From the NCBI RefSeq assembly GCF_002836205.1, contig NZ_PJBE01000013.1, positions 2,244,051-2,276,050 on the forward strand: DNA of 32,000 bases. Direction: 5' to 3'. This document shows positions 27,580-32,000 of this stretch, one piece after another. The stretch comes from Shewanella sp. Choline-02u-19 (GTDB taxonomy: Bacteria > Pseudomonadota > Gammaproteobacteria > Enterobacterales > Shewanellaceae). The notes beneath the pieces were generated by a model that saw only the letters and a list, made by a program, of their open reading frames with translations, had not been told where the DNA came from and made no database searches. Position 1 is the stretch's first letter. Every line of letters starts with the position of its first letter. The translations under genes and the position numbers were made by a program.

Positions 27580-29205
27580 TTATGCAATAAGGAGCTCATA
27601 AACGGGCTGAGTGATAAAATCAACCAGCTCATCTGCAGTCGTCGTTTGTTCAAGAATAACCGCGGCTTCGGTAAAGCGACCATGGGTGAATCTATCCGCC
27701 CCCACCTCCTCTTTAACGTGAGCCAGCTCTTGAAGCAACATGTCTTTAAACAAAGATTTTGTGACTAATGTGCCATTCGATAGCTTCTGCTGATGCTTAA
27801 TCCACTGCCAAATCGAGGTACGAGAAATTTCGGCCGTGGCAGCATCTTCCATTAAACCATATATAGGGACACAGCCATTACCGTTGATCCATGCCTCTAT
27901 ATAGCGCAATGCAATACGAATATTGCGACGCATTCCATCTTCTGTACGCTCACCTTTGCAGGCTGACAAGAGCTCCGGAGCAAGTATTGGTGCATCGACA
28001 TCGCGAGTGATATGCAGCTGATTGACATGATTATCTCCAATATACTGATTGAAGACTTCCATTGCGGTATCAGCCAAACCTGGATGGGCCACCCAAGTGC
28101 CATCATGACCATTTCGCGCTTCAAGCTGCTTGTCTTGACGTACTTTATCTAGGATCTGTTGATTCTCTTTGGGATCTTTTGCAGGAATAAATGCAGCCAT
28201 ACCGCCCATCGCTAACGCGCCACGCTTATGACACGTTTTAACCAACAAGCGCGAGTATGCACTCAGAAAGGGGGTATCCATTGTCACTGATTGTCTGTCA
28301 GGTAATATACGGTCACTATGGTTATTCAGTGTTTTTATATAGCTGAATATATAGTCCCAACGCCCACAGTTAAGCGCCACAATGTTTGAGCGTAATTCAT
28401 ATAAAATTTCATCCATCTCAAACACGGCAGGTAGGGTTTCTATTAAGCAGGTACATTTAATCGTGCCAGGTTGTAGACAAAAACGCTCCTCTACAAACGC
28501 AAATACCTTTGCCCACCAACGCGCTTCTATATGGCTTTCAAGTTTAGGAATATAGAAGTACGGGCCACTGCCCTTACTTAACAACTGACGATAGTTATTA
28601 TAAAAATAGACACAAAAGTCGAATAAAGCCGCGGGTATCGCTTGCTCTGCATAGCTTACGTGCTTCTCCAACATGTGTAGCCCACGTACACGACAAATCA
28701 ACACCGCAGGATCAGCAGCTAACGTATATGATTTACCCGTTTCTGCAGAGGTATAACTGATGTCACCGTTAATGGCATCACGTAAATTAATCTGCCCTTC
28801 AATCACCTTATCCCAACTTGGAGCAAGTGAATCTTCAAAATCAGCCATAAACACTTTTGCATTGGCATTAAGCGCGTTAATCACCATTTTGCGATCAACC
28901 GGCCCCGTTATTTCAACGCGCCTATCTTGCAAGTCATGGGGGATCCCTCTGATCTTCCAGTCACTTTCACGAACGGCTTTAGTCTGTTCAATGAAATCAG
29001 GCAACTGACCTTTATCGACAAGCCCTTGCTTTATCTTTCGGTTGGCGAGTAATGTCGGTACATCGTTAGCAAAGTGCTTACAGAGCGTTTTAAGTAAACT
29101 TACCGCACCTGCTGTTAATACCGTTTCTTGTCCACTGACAGTGCTAGCGGTAATCACAAGTTCATCTTCAACAACGCTATTATCAATTGTGATCTGTTCT
29201 GCCAT
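27580..29205 (-). CDS. aceB: malate synthase A
   Basis: Start trimmed to the ATG at 29205 (MAEQITIDN), which follows GGAGA. 541 aa. Malate synthase A blocks are present: ADFEDSLAP, GLHMLEKH, YFYIPKLESHIEARWW, GRWDYIFS, GGMAAFIP, HDGTWVAHPGL. Confidence 0.93.
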   Translation of the reverse strand: MAEQITIDNSVVEDELVITASTVSGQETVLTAGAVSLLKTLCKHFANDVPTLLANRKIKQGLVDKGQLPDFIEQTKAVRESDWKIRGIPHDLQDRRVEITGPVDRKMVINALNANAKVFMADFEDSLAPSWDKVIEGQINLRDAINGDISYTSAETGKSYTLAADPAVLICRVRGLHMLEKHVSYAEQAIPAALFDFCVYFYNNYRQLLSKGSGPYFYIPKLESHIEARWWAKVFAFVEERFCLQPGTIKCTCLIETLPAVFEMDEILYELRSNIVALNCGRWDYIFSYIKTLNNHSDRILPDRQSVTMDTPFLSAYSRLLVKTCHKRGALAMGGMAAFIPAKDPKENQQILDKVRQDKQLEARNGHDGTWVAHPGLADTAMEVFNQYIGDNHVNQLHITRDVDAPILAPELLSACKGERTEDGMRRNIRIALRYIEAWINGNGCVPIYGLMEDAATAEISRTSIWQWIKHQQKLSNGTLVTKSLFKDMLLQELAHVKEEVGADRFTHGRFTEAAVILEQTTTADELVDFITQPVYELLIA

Positions 29206-29375
29206 CAACTTTATCTCCAAACTGTATCGCCTGTATGTATGCTTCATGAAACCGCCGACCTGCGGTGGTGTATCTAGCGCGGCTAAATACGGCTTCTACA
29301 ATGCAATGGACTCTTTTTCTCTTGAGTAGAAAATCGCAGCCCAACAAAAAACATACTCTGAGGTATATACCCAAA

Positions 29376-29411
29376 TGACCTCGAAATGCCGACTCCTGCA
29401 TTTCGAGGTCA
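29376..29411. other. perfect 14-bp stem / 8-nt loop hairpin upstream of aceB
   Basis: TGACCTCGAAATGC (29376-29389), loop CGACTCCT, GCATTTCGAGGTCA (29398-29411). The flanks are CCAAA and CTTTGG. A moderately U-rich tail follows on both strands. Confidence 0.7.
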
Positions 29412-29808
29412 CTTTGGTTTATGTCGTTATTTGTAATAAAAGCTAACGATAAACCGCGACTGATGCAAGTAATCCCAGGTTAGTCACCCACTCAAAAGAG
29501 GATTGTAATCGCATGTGCAACATGGTTACCAACAGCTAAAAACTCATTCAATAACCACTAATAACAAACACTTAACCAAATACGATGTTTATGTAAGTTT
29601 AAAAATAAAGACCTGTAAGACCAGTTGACCAAGCAAGCTCGCTAGAATTACATTCCGTAAATTAATTACGACATGTAAACCATTTAATACGGTTGACATT
29701 GAGCATGAAAATATCGCGAATATCGGAAAGTGTTTACACTTCTCTTTGGCGTTAATCAAATAAATTCTTAATTACCAGCGAGTTAAAAGCATAATGAACA
29801 ATCATCAA

Positions 29809-29826
29809 TGTAAACGACCGTTTAAA
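29809..29826. promoter_or_regulatory. operator-like palindrome TGTAAACG-AC-CGTTTAAA
   Basis: The core TAAACG-AC-CGTTTA is a perfect 6+2+6 inverted repeat. Further (T)GTAAAC copies lie at 29674-29680 (+), 29732-29738 (-) and 29833-29838 (-). Confidence 0.45.
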
Positions 29827-30372
29827 TTTGACGTTTACGTTAAGTAGAAGTTAAGCATTTGGGTGTTAACAACTCAGGCCGAGGGTGAATAGTGACTAAC
29901 ATCACAAAAAATATTGGTTTTATGTTGAGTTTTTTTAAAATAATGACTTAAACCAATCTAATAGCCCCCATTTACAGGCCTACATTAGTGCAAAACTCAT
30001 CTTACCTGCTCGGCTGTGCCGCTAAACTTTGCAATGCAAAAATATGTAATTAGTCAATTTGCGACCGCCATTATTGAGAACAGCAGATTTTAACCAAGGG
30101 TATGGGCTGCTCCGTTGCGGATATCAACATATCGAGCAATTCATCGATATCGCTAATGAGTATTGCTACAACGACTCAGAAATAAATCAATACTCCATTG
30201 CACCAATAATCAATAGCCATTGCTCTAACTGCAGCAAAACGACATCTGTTGAGGCTTATTCATACAAAAGCTACCGAATAAGCTAACAACACCAAACCAC
30301 TGCAGCTCCCAATGGCCTCAACGAAACAATAAAGTCTTTAATTTCAATTAAGTGGATTAATACATCTTCATT

Positions 30373-30390
30373 TATCTTTTTCAAAAGATA
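30373..30390. promoter_or_regulatory. 18-bp AT-rich perfect palindrome upstream of bamE
   Basis: TATCTTTT-TC-AAAAGATA followed by T5 (30391-30395), about 235 bp upstream of the bamE ATG. Confidence 0.4.
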
Positions 30391-30624
30391 TTTTTCAGAC
30401 CCATTTAAATGCAGTATCGACACGCTAAACGCGAGAAAAATACTAATACGAATGAACTAATTACCTTCTCACGACTCAATATAAGCAGCTTATGTAGCCT
30501 CAGTGTTAAAACCGAGAAACAACATAGATTAGCAACCTGAGCAAACTCTGCGACAATAGCCCTTGTCAGATAGGGGATTGCTTGGGTATTATGGCCGACA
30601 GATTTTGATGAAGTAGCGCATTCA

Positions 30625-31122
30625 ATGACAATTAAAAAAAGAAGTCTTACCCTTTTGGGCGCTGCTGCGCTCTCACTATCGCTCAGTGGCTGTGGTGTAT
30701 TCGACTATTTGATCTATAAGCCTGACATTCCACAAGGTAACTACATGGAAGACCAGCAGGTAGAAAAGCTGCGTATTGACATGACTAAAGAGCAGGTTGA
30801 GTACGTATTAGGCCGCCCTGTTTTACGTGATAGTTTTTCAGACGATACTTGGTATTACGTCTACCACTATAAAAGTGGCCGCGATGCTAGCATCATCCAT
30901 AAAGAGCTGATCATTAACTTCAACGGCGATATGCTGTCTGAAGTGAAAGGTGACTATGATTTGAGTGAAGAGTTTAATACTCCACTTGAAGAGAGCAAGC
31001 TACCTGAAATTAATATGCCAGAAGGCGAGCCTCTGATCCCAGAGCAACGTCCTCAAGCAAAGCCTTTAGTTGAAGAGCAAGAAACTCAACCAGAGTCGCT
31101 ATCAGAGAAAAACTTCGAATAA
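30625..31122 (+). CDS. bamE: outer-membrane protein assembly factor BamE (SmpA/OmlA lipoprotein) with extended acidic/proline-rich C-terminus
   Basis: Lipobox LSGC. The BamE core reads IPQGNYMEDQQVEKLRIDMTKEQVEYVLGRPVLRDSFSDDTWYYVY. The gene sits next to ratBA, as in enterobacterial synteny. Confidence 0.9.
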   Translation: MTIKKRSLTLLGAAALSLSLSGCGVFDYLIYKPDIPQGNYMEDQQVEKLRIDMTKEQVEYVLGRPVLRDSFSDDTWYYVYHYKSGRDASIIHKELIINFNGDMLSEVKGDYDLSEEFNTPLEESKLPEINMPEGEPLIPEQRPQAKPLVEEQETQPESLSEKNFE

Positions 31123-31132
31123 TTGGAGTGTT

Positions 31133-31206
31133 AGCTCAGCCCTGCTGAGCTTTCAACAGATATTAAAAATGCGAGCCTCTTTTAAAGAGACTCGCATTTT
31201 TGTTTT
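31133..31206. terminator. terminator region between convergent bamE and ratB
   Basis: AGCTCAGC-cct-GCTGAGCT (31133-31151) is followed by AAAAATGCGAGCCTCTT-tta-AAGAGACTCGCATTTTT (31165-31201). The second stem is 13 bp with one C/A mismatch (G-U on the minus strand) and A5/T5 flanks. Confidence 0.75.
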
Positions 31207-31282
31207 AGGGCTATCACCTTTTAAAGCATCAACTGACACAATTAATCGCGTAACAACATAGCGCAGAGTAACAAAAGTCCCT

Positions 31283-31615
31283 TTACAGCTTAGCGCCGGT
31301 GATCTTATTCACCCGCCCTTCGTCTTTCGCTTTTTCTGCACGTTTACGACGTACATCTTTAGGATCAGCGATAAGTGCTCGGTAGATCTCAACCCGCTGC
31401 CCAGGTTGCAGTACTTCAGCGTGTTTAACTGAACGACTAAAAATACCTAGCTTAACCGTCTCTAAATCAATTTCAGGGAAATAGCGCTGCATATCACTTT
31501 GCTTCACCGCATCAATACACGTGGTCCCTGGTTCAATGTTCACTTTAATCCGCTTTTGCTGTTGCGGCAGAGCATAGATAATTTCAACCGTAAACTGAGC
31601 TTGATCTGTATTCAT
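31283..31615 (-). CDS. ratB: RnfH-family ubiquitin-like protein (RatB/YfjF, UPF0125)
   Basis: 110 aa. VEIIYALPQQQ...VEIYRALIADPKDVRRKRAEK is the typical RnfH pattern. Its ATG overlaps the ratA stop (ATGA). Confidence 0.85.
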   Translation of the reverse strand: MNTDQAQFTVEIIYALPQQQKRIKVNIEPGTTCIDAVKQSDMQRYFPEIDLETVKLGIFSRSVKHAEVLQPGQRVEIYRALIADPKDVRRKRAEKAKDEGRVNKITGAKL

Positions 31616-32000
31616 GTGTAAATCACCTTAGCGCGACGAGTAAATGCCGTCACCATAGAAGACATTAACTCTTTAAACACCTTACCAAACGCCAAGTCCG
31701 CTATCGGGCTAGAAAACTCAAAGCTAAGTTCAAAATCGACTTTACAGGCATCTTCCGCTAACTCAGTAAACGTCCACTCACCAATCAATTCTTTAAAGGG
31801 GCCGTTTTCTAACTGCAGCTTAATACTCTTGCCCGCAACAACCTGATTGCGAGTGGTAAATGTTTTACTTATCCCCGCTTTAGCCACATCAACCGAGGCC
31901 ACCATCGTTGTGCCATCAAACTCCAACACCTTGCCACCCACACAGCCTGGCAAGAACTCTTTATAAGATTCGACATCATTGACTAAGTCATACATCTGCA
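31612..32000 (-). CDS. ratA: SRPBCC-family ribosome-association toxin RatA (YfjG), 5'-truncated by the window edge
   Basis: MYDLVNDVESYKEFLPGCVGGKVLE aligns with an internal position of E. coli RatA (EQMYQLVNDVQSYPQFLPGC). The true start therefore lies beyond position 32000. Confidence 0.85.
   Translation of the reverse strand, partial: QMYDLVNDVESYKEFLPGCVGGKVLEFDGTTMVASVDVAKAGISKTFTTRNQVVAGKSIKLQLENGPFKELIGEWTFTELAEDACKVDFELSFEFSSPIADLAFGKVFKELMSSMVTAFTRRAKVIYT

Noticed and set aside
29183-29401. 72-aa minus-strand ORF and 95-aa plus-strand ORF (29042-29329) around the aceB start.
   Set aside because: They overlap the aceB 5' end or leader in other frames. aceB has a clear GGAGA-ATG start at 29205, and these frames show no independent signals.
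29625-29648. TTGACC ... TAGAAT promoter-like pair in the gap, and TTGACA at 29693.
   Set aside because: The spacers are 12 nt and 19 nt respectively, outside the functional 16-18 nt range. Hexamer matches are expected by chance in AT-rich DNA.
30059-30286. 75-aa ORF in the aceB-bamE gap (4 Cys).
   Set aside because: TTG start, no SD, no recognisable motif, and it is embedded in ~33% G+C DNA where an ORF of this length is not unexpected. Not called as a gene, though conservation analysis could revisit it.
31070-31261. 63-aa plus-strand ORF overlapping the bamE 3' end and running through both terminator hairpins.
   Set aside because: It is out of frame with bamE, crosses a bidirectional terminator and has no RBS.
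1-32000. A search by eye for CRISPR arrays, tRNA/rRNA genes, IS elements, integrases, toxin-antitoxin pairs other than ratAB, and known defence-system hallmarks.
   Set aside because: No regularly spaced repeat array was seen. No cloverleaf-like or rRNA-like sequence was recognised. No transposase, integrase, nuclease or helicase ORFs appear in the six-frame track. This was a manual scan, so small structured RNAs could have been missed.

Overview
The window looks like chromosomal DNA from a Shewanella-like marine gammaproteobacterium (Alteromonadales). That assignment rests on protein motifs and gene order recalled from memory, not on a search.

Positions ~300-16,900 are a dense, mostly minus-strand housekeeping block: tadA, guaA, guaB, xseA (plus strand), der, bamB, yfgM, hisS, ispG, rodZ, pilW and rlmN. 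One extra gene, an AT3/SGNH acyltransferase, sits between tadA and guaA.

Positions ~17,100-27,200 are a looser stretch that looks accessory. It holds a DUF21/CBS transporter, a 5'-nucleotidase-family enzyme with no signal peptide, and two tandem YafP-like GNAT acetyltransferases. It also holds a small secreted protein, a DUF3820-like protein, a ParA-like ATPase with a putative ribbon-helix-helix (RHH) partner, an MtfA-like M90 peptidase, an NTF2-like secreted protein and an HDOD-GAF signalling protein.

The right end carries malate synthase A (aceB, with no adjacent isocitrate lyase), a ~1.4 kb ORF-poor AT-rich gap, then bamE, ratB and a 5'-truncated ratA.

I recognised no rRNA, tRNA, CRISPR array, transposase, integrase or known defence gene. 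I do not see a convincing novel multi-gene system. The two loci most worth follow-up are:
- the orphan ParA-like/RHH cassette with upstream TGTCAAAAA iterons (22.1-23.9 kb);
- the ORF-less aceB-bamE gap, which contains a perfect 14-bp hairpin and a cluster of TGTAAAC/palindromic sites (29.2-30.6 kb).

All function calls come from reading the supplied translations against remembered family motifs. No database search was run.
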